Below are positions 28,445 through 37,288 of a DNA stretch of 64,000 nucleotides, piece after piece (the first letter of the stretch is position 1; each line of letters starts with the position of its first letter). Made by a program: the position numbers and the translations under genes. The notes beneath the pieces were generated by a model that was not told where the DNA came from, did no database searches, and saw only the letters and a list, made by a program, of their open reading frames with translations. The DNA comes from Candidatus Hydrogenedentota bacterium (GTDB taxonomy: Bacteria > Hydrogenedentota > Hydrogenedentia > Hydrogenedentales > JAEUWI01), in assembly GCA_034669905.1 (NCBI GenBank), contig JAXMOL010000013.1:81862-145861 (forward strand). Reading direction: 5' to 3'.

Positions 28445-29968
28445 TCAGTAACGCTGAAGTAGTTCCAACATTTTTCTGTCGAGCTGGTGTCCCCGCCAGG
28501 ATTCATAATCGACATCCCTTCGGTCGCTATCCAGGATGCCGAAGCTGCCCCGAAAGTTCCAGAGGGCCCATCCCCAACCGGCCTTCTGCCAGTTCTTCAG
28601 GCAGTCTTCCATCCAGCGGAGGGTAACAGCGTGGGGCGTTTTGTTGAAGGCACCCCATTCACCCACCATGACGCCCACGCCCTGCGTCTCAATTGCCTGC
28701 CAGGGGAGGATGTGTTCACGCCACAGCCAGGCCTGGTCCATCATATAATCCGAATTGAAGGTCCATCCGGTGCCCTGAGGATGAGCGCGAATGGGCGCAT
28801 TCTTTTCGCCCCATACCGTCATGAGCCCAAGAACCGATTCCGCGTCATCGGAAGTGCCGGTGCTTCGAAGCCCGATTTCCAAGAGTGTCAGCCAGTCACC
28901 CTCGGTGTTCACAATCGAAATGCGCTGGGTGTCGCGCGGTATGTCCACCACATAGTCCCGGTCATAGCGGTTTTGATAGACGCCCCATTCCTCCTTGTAG
29001 ATGGCTTCCCGCCATTCTCCCTCTCCAGGGCCGCAGACAAAGGTGTGGGTCCACAAAGGCACCCCATCGGCGGCGACCCGTAGGCGCCCACGGGTCGATA
29101 CCGTGCCCACGCGGAGACGCAACTGGACATCTTTCGAAAAAGGGCCTTCCAGTACGAGGGGCGCCTGGAGTTCGCCTTTGTCGGGGCCATATAGAAACTG
29201 GGTCGACTGGGGCGTGGGCCAATGGGGGTACGCCATGTCACGGGTGTCGACCCAGGTCGCGCCATAGTGAGAAATGTTGGCGGGGCTGTATCCCCGGGTG
29301 GCCTGGGCGATCCCCAGGGGGATGAGCTCGGGACAGGGTTGGCTACCCCAGCGTACCCCATCGGCGATGATCAGGCGCTCCGGATCTTCCGCACGAATGG
29401 CGTCTACCATCATACGCGCGACACGGGTGTAGTCTTCCCCACTGATTTCCATGGGCTCGTTGAAGAGGTTAAAGCTGAGGCGTTCGCTGGGGATGTCCTT
29501 GTAACGCCGCGCGAAGTATGCCCAATGTTGGGCGCAAACCTCCTGGGCTTCGGGATCCGTCCAGAGATCCCGGGGCTCTGGAGGTTCTGCCACCGTGTGC
29601 CCGGGGGCCCGGTGAAAGTTGATGCAGACGTGTATGCCATATTGGCTACCCCACGCCACGGCCTCATCGATTTCCCGAATGACCGCCTCGTCTATGACAC
29701 GCCAATCGTCCCCTTTGATCCAGACCCGATAGTCCATGGGCAGGCGAACGATGTTAAAGCCCAGTTCCTGGATGTGTTGAAAGTCTTTCTCCTTGAAGGG
29801 GTCATTGGACCAATCCCGGGAGAATTTTTCGAGAAGGTTGAAACCCCGCCACCGGGGAAGTTTTTCGGCAGATGCGGGCAGCCAGGTTGCTTCCGTGGCC
29901 TGCGTCGGCTGGGCACCCAGGGGGAGGCACAACACGAGTGCGAGACCGAAAAGGGTAGTTTTCCACAT
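28445..29968 (-). CDS. Secreted glycoside hydrolase family 5 with an inserted domain
   Basis: PRWRGFNLLE, VRLPM, HRAPG, NEP acid/base, VGEWG nucleophile, WALWNFRG. Start at MWKTTL. Confidence 0.88.
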   Translation of the reverse strand: MWKTTLFGLALVLCLPLGAQPTQATEATWLPASAEKLPRWRGFNLLEKFSRDWSNDPFKEKDFQHIQELGFNIVRLPMDYRVWIKGDDWRVIDEAVIREIDEAVAWGSQYGIHVCINFHRAPGHTVAEPPEPRDLWTDPEAQEVCAQHWAYFARRYKDIPSERLSFNLFNEPMEISGEDYTRVARMMVDAIRAEDPERLIIADGVRWGSQPCPELIPLGIAQATRGYSPANISHYGATWVDTRDMAYPHWPTPQSTQFLYGPDKGELQAPLVLEGPFSKDVQLRLRVGTVSTRGRLRVAADGVPLWTHTFVCGPGEGEWREAIYKEEWGVYQNRYDRDYVVDIPRDTQRISIVNTEGDWLTLLEIGLRSTGTSDDAESVLGLMTVWGEKNAPIRAHPQGTGWTFNSDYMMDQAWLWREHILPWQAIETQGVGVMVGEWGAFNKTPHAVTLRWMEDCLKNWQKAGWGWALWNFRGSFGILDSDRRDVDYESWRGHQLDRKMLELLQRY

Positions 29969-30155
29969 GGTGAAATTCCTCTCCTGTTGGACCTGCGCTA
30001 CGGACGGGCTACCGAAAGGCGTGCGGGGCACAGCATGGATAAGCAGAAGAAAACAGCGTGACATCAATTCAGATTCCTTCAATGGGGGGCGTTAGATCCG
30101 GAGTCCAGGGATTATGGTAGCAGGCGTGCGCATCGTGAAACCTGCCAGGGATGGA

Positions 30156-31247
30156 CTACTTCAATCCGCCACACGCGTGCAATGCCGCGATGGGGTAGAG
30201 GGTTCCACTGTACGTGATGAAGTGGTACTTGTCGGTGTTCAGGCTCTCCGTCCACCACCGACCGGATACGCGCTGATTGGCCTTGAGCCAGGCGACCCCC
30301 TCCTGAAGGGCGGGATGGGAAGAGGGTAATCCGGCCGCGCGTAGGACGAGCAGGACGAGCCCGGTCTGATGGCCGTCGCTGGCCGGATTTTCAAAATTTG
30401 ACGCACGCTGAAGTCGCGCCGCACGTCGTCCGTCGCCCCAGTTCTCGGGGGCACTGAAGCTGCGAATAGACCAGCCCCCATCTGCCTGCTGGTGTTTCAG
30501 CGCCATCTGGATGAGGGCGTCTCGCTGGGTGGCGTCGAGCAGCCCGTCCATACGCGTAGCAGTCCAGAGCAGGAGTAAGCGCGCATAATCGTGGGGTGGC
30601 CTTTCCTCGTTGAGATAACGTCGCAGTTTGTCGATGCCCGCGCGCTCCTCGGCGCTGGCTTCGGCAATAAAGCCGGGTGCCGTGGCGAGGGCCAGGGCGG
30701 CCACGGTGGCCCCGTGATAATTGCTCGATTCAAAGGGGGGCCAGCAATGGGCGTTGCCCCAACTGCCATCTTCCCCCTGAAGAGAAAGCATGACGCCCAG
30801 GGCCTCTCGCGTTCCTTCACTCAATTTGCCTTCGATATGGGAGTCCCACTCGGCGAGTCCATGGGCCAACACGGCGGCCTGGGTAGGGCGAAGGCCCGTC
30901 AGTGCAACTTCCCGGTCGACCGTTTTGGATTCGGCAAGTTCCTGCATCAGGAATTCCCGGTGGTGCCTCGGTGGCGCGCCGAGGAGGGGCGTAAGTGCAG
31001 GCCGGAATTGGTTGTAGGCACCGTTCGTGTGGCACGACACACATTGCCGTGCATCTTGCCAGGCGGTGGCGCCTTTTTCGACATAGTCCACCGCAGCATC
31101 CAGTGAAAAAACCTCCCGGAGCGGTTCATCGGCCCGGGCAGGGGGTATGGCGATGTCGTCGGACTTGTACTGAAAGTCAACGGCAGTGGCATGCCCCAAA
31201 CCGAGAGCGGCGGCAGCGGTAAGGAGTATCGAAATCCGGTACGACAT
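30156..31247 (-). CDS. Secreted prenyltransferase/squalene-cyclase repeat protein with a CxxCH motif
   Basis: QW-type repeats QGEDGSW, QQADGGW, QRVSGRW; CVSCH; signal peptide from MSYRIS. Confidence 0.75.
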   Translation of the reverse strand: MSYRISILLTAAAALGLGHATAVDFQYKSDDIAIPPARADEPLREVFSLDAAVDYVEKGATAWQDARQCVSCHTNGAYNQFRPALTPLLGAPPRHHREFLMQELAESKTVDREVALTGLRPTQAAVLAHGLAEWDSHIEGKLSEGTREALGVMLSLQGEDGSWGNAHCWPPFESSNYHGATVAALALATAPGFIAEASAEERAGIDKLRRYLNEERPPHDYARLLLLWTATRMDGLLDATQRDALIQMALKHQQADGGWSIRSFSAPENWGDGRRAARLQRASNFENPASDGHQTGLVLLVLRAAGLPSSHPALQEGVAWLKANQRVSGRWWTESLNTDKYHFITYSGTLYPIAALHACGGLK

Positions 31248-31488
31248 GAAGTAGCTCCAACACGAGGTGTTTTTTGCCTGCAATGAAAGGTTCTGTGGAA
31301 TCTCCAACCCCATCCTGCCCCAATTCACCCTCGGAGTCGGGCATCCTAGTGTTCTACAGTAAAGCAGAGTTCTGTGGAGCCGTCAAGAGGACGGGAGTGG
31401 AGGCGCGGTGCAGACAGTCGGTATCATGGAGATACATGGCGAAAAGTGCGCCGTTCCGCAACCTAATTATCCCTGTCAGGAGTATCCC

Positions 31489-32640
31489 GTGTCCCCATCT
31501 GTTCTGGACGAACTTTCCACCCCATGCCTTGTTTTGGAAGAAGCGGCCTTGTCGCGCAATCTCGCCGCCATGAGCCAGCGTGCCCTGGATGGGGGGGTAG
31601 ACCTCCGCCCCCATTGCAAGACGGCGAAATGCATCGAAGTGGCCCGCCGGGCGACCGCGCCCCACAGTGGAGCCATTGCGGTGGCAACCCTGAAAGAGGC
31701 GGAGTACTTCGCGGAACACGGATTCAAGGATATTCTCTACACCGTGAATCTGGAGCCCTCCAAGCTGGCTCGGATCGCCGCGCTGCAACGGCGGGGTGTT
31801 CGCATGTCGGCCGTGCTGGATAGTGTCGCGGGTGCCGCACTCGTGGTGGAGGCGGCATCGGCCCTCGAATCGCCCCTGGAAATCTTTCTGGAGCTGGACA
31901 GCGGAACCCACCGCACCGGATTTGCGCCGGGGGACGAGGCCATCGTGGCGGCGGCCCGACAGCTTAACGACGCCCAGCAATTGCGGGTTCGGGGTACCCT
32001 CGCTTTCGGTGGCAACGGCTATATCGCCGACGCACCTACGGATACCAAGGCTGCGGCGGAAGAGGAACGGGCCGCGGCGGTCCATGCGGCGAAGCAGCTT
32101 CGGGATGCGGGAATAGCTTGTCCGGCCGTCAGTGTGGGTTCTACGCCCACACGAACCATGGGCGAGTCCCTGGAGGGGGTGACGGAAATTCGCCCGGGCG
32201 TCTATGTCTTTATGGACCTGATGCAGGTCAAGCTCAATGTCTGTGACTACAGCGACATCGCCGTGACGGTGCTCGCCCGGGTCATTGCCCACAATCATCG
32301 GGAAAACCGGGTCTACATCGACGCCGGGGCACTGGCCCTTTCCAATGATTTGGGGATTCGCCCGACAACCGGACCCTATGCGCCCTATGGACTCCTCCGT
32401 GATCCGGAATCGGGTGGTCCCATCCCAGGGCTGGGGGTCTTCGGGGTGAATCAGGAGCATGGCTTCGTGCAATGCGCAGACCCGGAGCAGCGCTTTCCCT
32501 TCGACGACTTCCCCCTGGGTTCGACGGTGCGGGTATTTCCCAATCACGTCTGCCACACCATTGGCAGCCACGACCGCTATCATGTGCTGAATGGGGCGGG
32601 GCAGGTGAGTGGTGAATGGGAGCGGGTCACGGGCTGGTAA
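31489..32640 (+). CDS. PLP-dependent alanine-racemase-fold enzyme, DSD1/D-threonine aldolase family
   Basis: LRPHCKT (PLP lysine), RTG, GSTPT, EIRPGVYVFMD, NQEHG, PNHVC. GTG start after a CAGGAG RBS. Confidence 0.87.
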   Translation: MSPSVLDELSTPCLVLEEAALSRNLAAMSQRALDGGVDLRPHCKTAKCIEVARRATAPHSGAIAVATLKEAEYFAEHGFKDILYTVNLEPSKLARIAALQRRGVRMSAVLDSVAGAALVVEAASALESPLEIFLELDSGTHRTGFAPGDEAIVAAARQLNDAQQLRVRGTLAFGGNGYIADAPTDTKAAAEEERAAAVHAAKQLRDAGIACPAVSVGSTPTRTMGESLEGVTEIRPGVYVFMDLMQVKLNVCDYSDIAVTVLARVIAHNHRENRVYIDAGALALSNDLGIRPTTGPYAPYGLLRDPESGGPIPGLGVFGVNQEHGFVQCADPEQRFPFDDFPLGSTVRVFPNHVCHTIGSHDRYHVLNGAGQVSGEWERVTGW

Positions 32641-32668
32641 CTAACCGGCGTGTCGTCTCAATGAGAAG

Positions 32669-32702
32669 GGGCGTAGCGACCCGCTTTTGTGTCGCTACGC
32701 CC
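32669..32702. terminator. Hairpin between convergent genes (probable terminator)
   Basis: gggcgtagcgac-N10-gtcgctacgccc forms a perfect 12-bp stem. Confidence 0.5.
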
Positions 32703-32878
32703 ACATTGTTTCTGCTCAACTTCAGTACTCGTGGTTGGATTCGGGCAGATGGACCCTTATTACGGCAACCTGAATTATCTACTTTACTGAGGATTACTCC
32801 CCTCCCAGGAGGGGAATTCATTACCAATTCCCTACAGGTTCGAGCGAACACAAAGGTCCGAAATTCTAATTCACATTA

Positions 32879-34180
32879 TTAGAAATACCGGAGGTAGAGA
32901 TACACGCTTGAAATGGCCGACGTCAGAATCATGATGGGGAAACCGGCCTTCGAAAATTCCAGAAAGGTAATGGGGCAGTTATTACGTTTGCCCACCTGTG
33001 CGATGACCACGTTGGCGGAAGCACCAATCAGCGTGCCGTTGCCACCGAGACAGGCTCCCAGGGCCAATGCCCAATAGAGCGGCGCGGCGATGGTGGCGTG
33101 AATGAGTTCGGGGTCGTCGCTGATTCCCATTTGCGATGCAAAGGTGGGGATCATGATCTTGATCAGGGGGAGCATGGCAATCACCAGGGGGATGTTATCC
33201 ACAATGGCCGAGGCAATGGCGCCGGTCCAGAGGATGACCAAAGCCGTCGCCAGGAGATTGCCCTTGGTGGCGCCCACCAGGAACTCGCCGGATTTCTCAA
33301 AGAGACCGTTGTGTTCCAACGCACTGATGAGCATGAAAAGCCCGATGAAAAAGAGAATGGTGCCCCATTCCACTTTCTGGAGGGCGGCGTGCACATCGAT
33401 CTTGCAGACGATCATCATGAGCACCGCACCGGCCAGGGCCACAATGCCCGGCTCAAACCCGGTAAGGCGGCTGGTGAAGAACCCGAGGATGATGAGGGCC
33501 AACACAGCCAGGCAGCGATTGAGGAGGCTGTGGTCGAGAATGGCCAGGCGGGGTTCGGCCATCATGACCCGTCGCTGCGCTTCCACCGGCGCATTCAGAG
33601 ATGCCCCGAGTTGGAAACGGGCAATGGCCAGGCAGACCAGGGTGATGACGACCACGATGGGCCCGAGATTAACCACGAAGTCGTTGAAACTCAGGGACGT
33701 GGCAGAGCCAATAATGATATTGGGCGGGTCGCCAATGAGGGTGGCTGTGCCGCCGATGTTGGAGAAGATGGCCAGCAGGATGAGTATGGGGGCGGTACGC
33801 ACTTCCAGCAACTGGGTGATCAGAATCGTGATGGGCGCGATCAAGATGACAGTGGTCACGTTGTCGAGAAGGGCCGAAAGGACCGCCGTAACGAGGAGGA
33901 ACTGGACCACGATCTTTTTTGCGTTCCCCTTGGCGCGCTGGGCAATGGCGATGGCGAGCCACTCCAGGAACCCCGTTTCCGACAATATGCTCATGACAAT
34001 CATCATGCCGATAAGCAAGAAGAGCACGTTCATATCCACGCTTTCCACGGCCACCTCGTAGGGCACCAGGTGGAGGAGGATAACGGCGGAAGCACCGGCC
34101 AGGGCGGCGGCGGTTTTGTCGACCAGTTCAAAGGCGATCAGGACATAGACGGCCAGGAAAATTACGAGCGAGAGAATCAT
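32879..34180 (-). CDS. ArsB/NhaD (SLC13-like) ion transporter
   Basis: Motifs SALLDNVTT, NIGGTATLIGDPPN, SAIVDNIP, GGNGTLIGASAN. Confidence 0.88.
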   Translation of the reverse strand: MILSLVIFLAVYVLIAFELVDKTAAALAGASAVILLHLVPYEVAVESVDMNVLFLLIGMMIVMSILSETGFLEWLAIAIAQRAKGNAKKIVVQFLLVTAVLSALLDNVTTVILIAPITILITQLLEVRTAPILILLAIFSNIGGTATLIGDPPNIIIGSATSLSFNDFVVNLGPIVVVITLVCLAIARFQLGASLNAPVEAQRRVMMAEPRLAILDHSLLNRCLAVLALIILGFFTSRLTGFEPGIVALAGAVLMMIVCKIDVHAALQKVEWGTILFFIGLFMLISALEHNGLFEKSGEFLVGATKGNLLATALVILWTGAIASAIVDNIPLVIAMLPLIKIMIPTFASQMGISDDPELIHATIAAPLYWALALGACLGGNGTLIGASANVVIAQVGKRNNCPITFLEFSKAGFPIMILTSAISSVYLYLRYF

Positions 34181-34189
34181 TTTGGAAAC

Positions 34190-35113
34190 CTAGTAGTTGA
34201 GGACGCGGTTGAGTACCGCGATGCGGTCGATAATACCCATAAGCTTGCCGTCACGTACGACGAAGACTTTGGGGTGGCCCTGGACGGAGAGTTCAAAGAT
34301 GACTTCCAGCAACGTGGCATCTTCGGGGAGGGCCGCGTAGTTCTGGGTCATTACGTCGGAGGCGACACCTGCTTTCAAGGCCTTGAAGTAGTTCTCAAAG
34401 GGATCGAACTTCTTTACGAAGGCCACGCTCTTAAGTTGCCCGAAGAATTCCGGGAGGCCGTAACGGAAGAGAAGGTCGCAGGAGACGATGCCGACCAGGG
34501 TCCCGTCATGGTCTACCACGCTGGTTGCTTCCAGGTGGTGGGTCTGGAGGAGGCGGGTCACTTCGGTTAAGGGGGTTTCGGGGTAAACGGTGTAGAAGGG
34601 TTTCCGCATGATGTTGCGGGCCGTCAATACCCGGTCCGTGTCGGGATCGAGGCCGTCCAGCAGGGCCATCAAGGCGCCTACATCTTCTGCATTGTCGACG
34701 GCCTGGCGATTGGTGCTGCTCGACATGAGCCCGGCCACTTCCGCCATGATGCTCAAGGTGGCCGCCGGGTCTTCGAGGGGGGCCAGCAAGAGGCACACAA
34801 TCCGGACTGGTTCCTGATCGGCCGCGCCAAAGTCCATGCCGGGGGTCAGTGTGGCCATACAGGCAACCGGTTTGTCCAGTCCTTCAATGCGGGCGTGGGG
34901 GAAGGCGCAGCCATGGCCCAGGCCGGAGGAGCGCTCGGCTTCCCGGAGCATGACGGCTTCGTAGATGGCGTCTTCCGCCAGGGCTTCGCCGCCTACAGTG
35001 GGATTGGCTTTGGCCACCAGGGCGCAGAGCTCACTTAACAATTCGCTTCGGCCTTCGGCCGCGATGTGAACACGAATCAGTTCGGGGGTCAATAACTTTG
35101 GTAGGTGCATCAT
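34190..35113 (-). CDS. PTS EIIA (Ntr/Fru-type) domain fused to a tandem CBS pair
   Basis: REAERSSGLGHGCAFPHARI EIIA motif, followed by two CBS repeats (ARNIM...LVGIVS; ASDVM...GKLMGII). Confidence 0.82.
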   Translation of the reverse strand: MMHLPKLLTPELIRVHIAAEGRSELLSELCALVAKANPTVGGEALAEDAIYEAVMLREAERSSGLGHGCAFPHARIEGLDKPVACMATLTPGMDFGAADQEPVRIVCLLLAPLEDPAATLSIMAEVAGLMSSSTNRQAVDNAEDVGALMALLDGLDPDTDRVLTARNIMRKPFYTVYPETPLTEVTRLLQTHHLEATSVVDHDGTLVGIVSCDLLFRYGLPEFFGQLKSVAFVKKFDPFENYFKALKAGVASDVMTQNYAALPEDATLLEVIFELSVQGHPKVFVVRDGKLMGIIDRIAVLNRVLNY

Positions 35114-35307
35114 TGGCGTAGGGCCTCGGGGATTCTTGCAGTATGCGAAGGGAGCACGGAAGAGAAGGTATATTACAGAAGGGGTCTGAACCCATCCCGG
35201 CAGAGTCTATCGCGACAGCAGAATCCCCGTCAAACGGGTGGCCCCCCAGATGATACACCTATGACAGAATGCTTAGAATTTACAGGGAAATGAGGCAATA
35301 ATCAGCC

Positions 35308-37077
35308 TTATTTCTTGTTCAAGTCCCAATTATTTTTCAACACAGTATGAAGTTCCGGGGACAAGCGCTGGTTGGAGAAGAGGCCCACGCCGGCGTATCC
35401 CTCCTTTGTAACAAGGTCGATTTGGGACTGGAGGGTGTCGGTGGTGACGGGCACGGTCTGGCGGCCTTCGCGGCGGTAGAGGGCCAACAGGGGCACGATG
35501 CGCGATTTGTCTACGCCTTCCGTCTGCCAGGCCAGGGCGCTGGAGAGGGCTTCGGTGCTTCCAAAATAATCCATGGGGTAGACCACGTCGATGTAGTCCC
35601 GCGCGATCCAGGTTTTCCACTCCTGGAAGACATGATTCACATGGAATTCCCGGGGGGTGGTGGCGGCACCGAGGAGGAGGCCAGGCCGGTGGGCCTGCAG
35701 GGTTTCCCGCACCATAGCCACCACTTCGGTCACCTGGTCACAACGAAACTGGGTCCAGGTCGCGTTCAGGGCGATGAGTTGTTGGGCACCGGGTTCCGCT
35801 GCCCGTTCGGAGAGGAACCAGTCCACCGATTTGTCCAACAGGGCAATGCCCGCGTCGCCGTCGTAGTTGAGGAGGACGTCGAAATTGAAGAGTAGAGAAC
35901 GGCCTTCGCCGAGGGAGCTAAGCAAGAGGGCCGGGGCCTCGTCGGAGAAGTGGGCCAACACGGTCGTGCTTTCAAGCGGCTCGGCGAGGGCGTTGGCCGA
36001 GCCGGTGACCGCACCCCCTTCGACGCCAGCGGTGACCGGGTGGACGTTTTCCACCCGCAAGTCGCGCGTTTGGGGGGCGACATAGCGACTGCGGGCCTTC
36101 ATCCCCAAGATTGGACCGAGGGTGTCCGCGTGGCTTTTCATGGCGGTGGTGGGGGCATCGAGGAAAATCACGTTGCCGCCTTCCGACACGAAACGATGGA
36201 GTTTTTCGATGAGGGCTTCGGGCAGGTCATAGTAGCAGGCGATAAGCACCGTGCCACCGGCGGGGACGACATCAAAGAGCCCTTCAGTTTCGGGGACGAT
36301 CTTAAAGGGGGCTCCGATGCGGTTCAGGGTCGTGAGGAGGCTCGAGAGGTACCAGTCCTTCCCGGCCCAGCTATTGGGTTGGAGGCAATAGACCACATTG
36401 GTGCTCCATTTTTCGGGATGACGGTAGAGTTCCAGGGGGTCGGCGCCATGCCTGGCTTCAAAGGCCTTTCGGGCTGTCGGGGTGTAGCCCATGTGAGAAC
36501 CGAGGTAGCGGATGTAGTCGAGCATCACCCCGTCGATGTCGTAGGACAGCAGGTCGATGACCAGTTGTTGAAGGTAGGTCCGCACTTCGGGGTGGGCGGG
36601 ATCGAAGGAGAGGGTCTTGCCCTGTTGCGCTTCGGTGTCGAGGGCGAACCAGTCGGGATGGGGCAGGGTGCCGCCGGCCGATTGGATGACATAGGGCGCG
36701 CCTCCGGCGACAAGGAAGGGGAAGAAGGGGATGACCTTAATGTCCCGTGCGTGGGCTTCTTCAACCAAGACGGCCAGGGGGTCCATGTCCCGGTTTTTTG
36801 TGATGACGCCTTTGGGGAAGATGGCGTGTTCCGTGTGGAAGAAGTAGTTTCCATGGCCATAGGCCGAGGGATAAAGTTCGTTGATGCCCGCGGCGGCCAC
36901 CGAATCGACCAGGTTTCGCAGTTGGGCGCGATCCATTTCCCACCAGAAGGTCGTTGCGTATTCGGAACGGGGTCCTGTAGAGGCAAGAAAGAGGCCACGG
37001 GATTCCAGGTCTTGCGCCATTACGGGCGCCGTGAGGAAGGTGACTACGGCGAGGAGGAGTAGGAGGAAATACTTCAC
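35308..37077 (-). CDS. Secreted GHL10 (family-10-like glycosyl hydrolase) protein
   Basis: DPLAVLVEEAHARDIKV, DPAHPEVR, DGVMLDYIRY, QEWKTW...DVVYPMDY. Likely GTG start at 37077 with a signal peptide. Confidence 0.75.
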   Translation of the reverse strand: MKYFLLLLLAVVTFLTAPVMAQDLESRGLFLASTGPRSEYATTFWWEMDRAQLRNLVDSVAAAGINELYPSAYGHGNYFFHTEHAIFPKGVITKNRDMDPLAVLVEEAHARDIKVIPFFPFLVAGGAPYVIQSAGGTLPHPDWFALDTEAQQGKTLSFDPAHPEVRTYLQQLVIDLLSYDIDGVMLDYIRYLGSHMGYTPTARKAFEARHGADPLELYRHPEKWSTNVVYCLQPNSWAGKDWYLSSLLTTLNRIGAPFKIVPETEGLFDVVPAGGTVLIACYYDLPEALIEKLHRFVSEGGNVIFLDAPTTAMKSHADTLGPILGMKARSRYVAPQTRDLRVENVHPVTAGVEGGAVTGSANALAEPLESTTVLAHFSDEAPALLLSSLGEGRSLLFNFDVLLNYDGDAGIALLDKSVDWFLSERAAEPGAQQLIALNATWTQFRCDQVTEVVAMVRETLQAHRPGLLLGAATTPREFHVNHVFQEWKTWIARDYIDVVYPMDYFGSTEALSSALAWQTEGVDKSRIVPLLALYRREGRQTVPVTTDTLQSQIDLVTKEGYAGVGLFSNQRLSPELHTVLKNNWDLNKK

Positions 37078-37288
37078 AGCACATTCTTTCGTTGGGTTGT
37101 TGGGGGGCGACGAGCGGTCGACGGGGGCGCCCCGAGGGCAGGGTTGGCCTCGCAACTCTAACGTGGTACCAAAAGGGAGTTCAAGGTAGGCGGGGTGTTC
37201 GCCCGTTCCCTGGCTTGGAAAGGGACTTCGTTTTCGGTATGCTAATCGCTTTCGAGCTTTTATTGAATCAATCGGAGGTTGCGCATCC

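Noticed and set aside
30156..31247. Calling the gene shc (hopanoid synthesis)
   Set aside because: Roughly half the expected length, exported, lacks DxDD and has no hpn neighbours.
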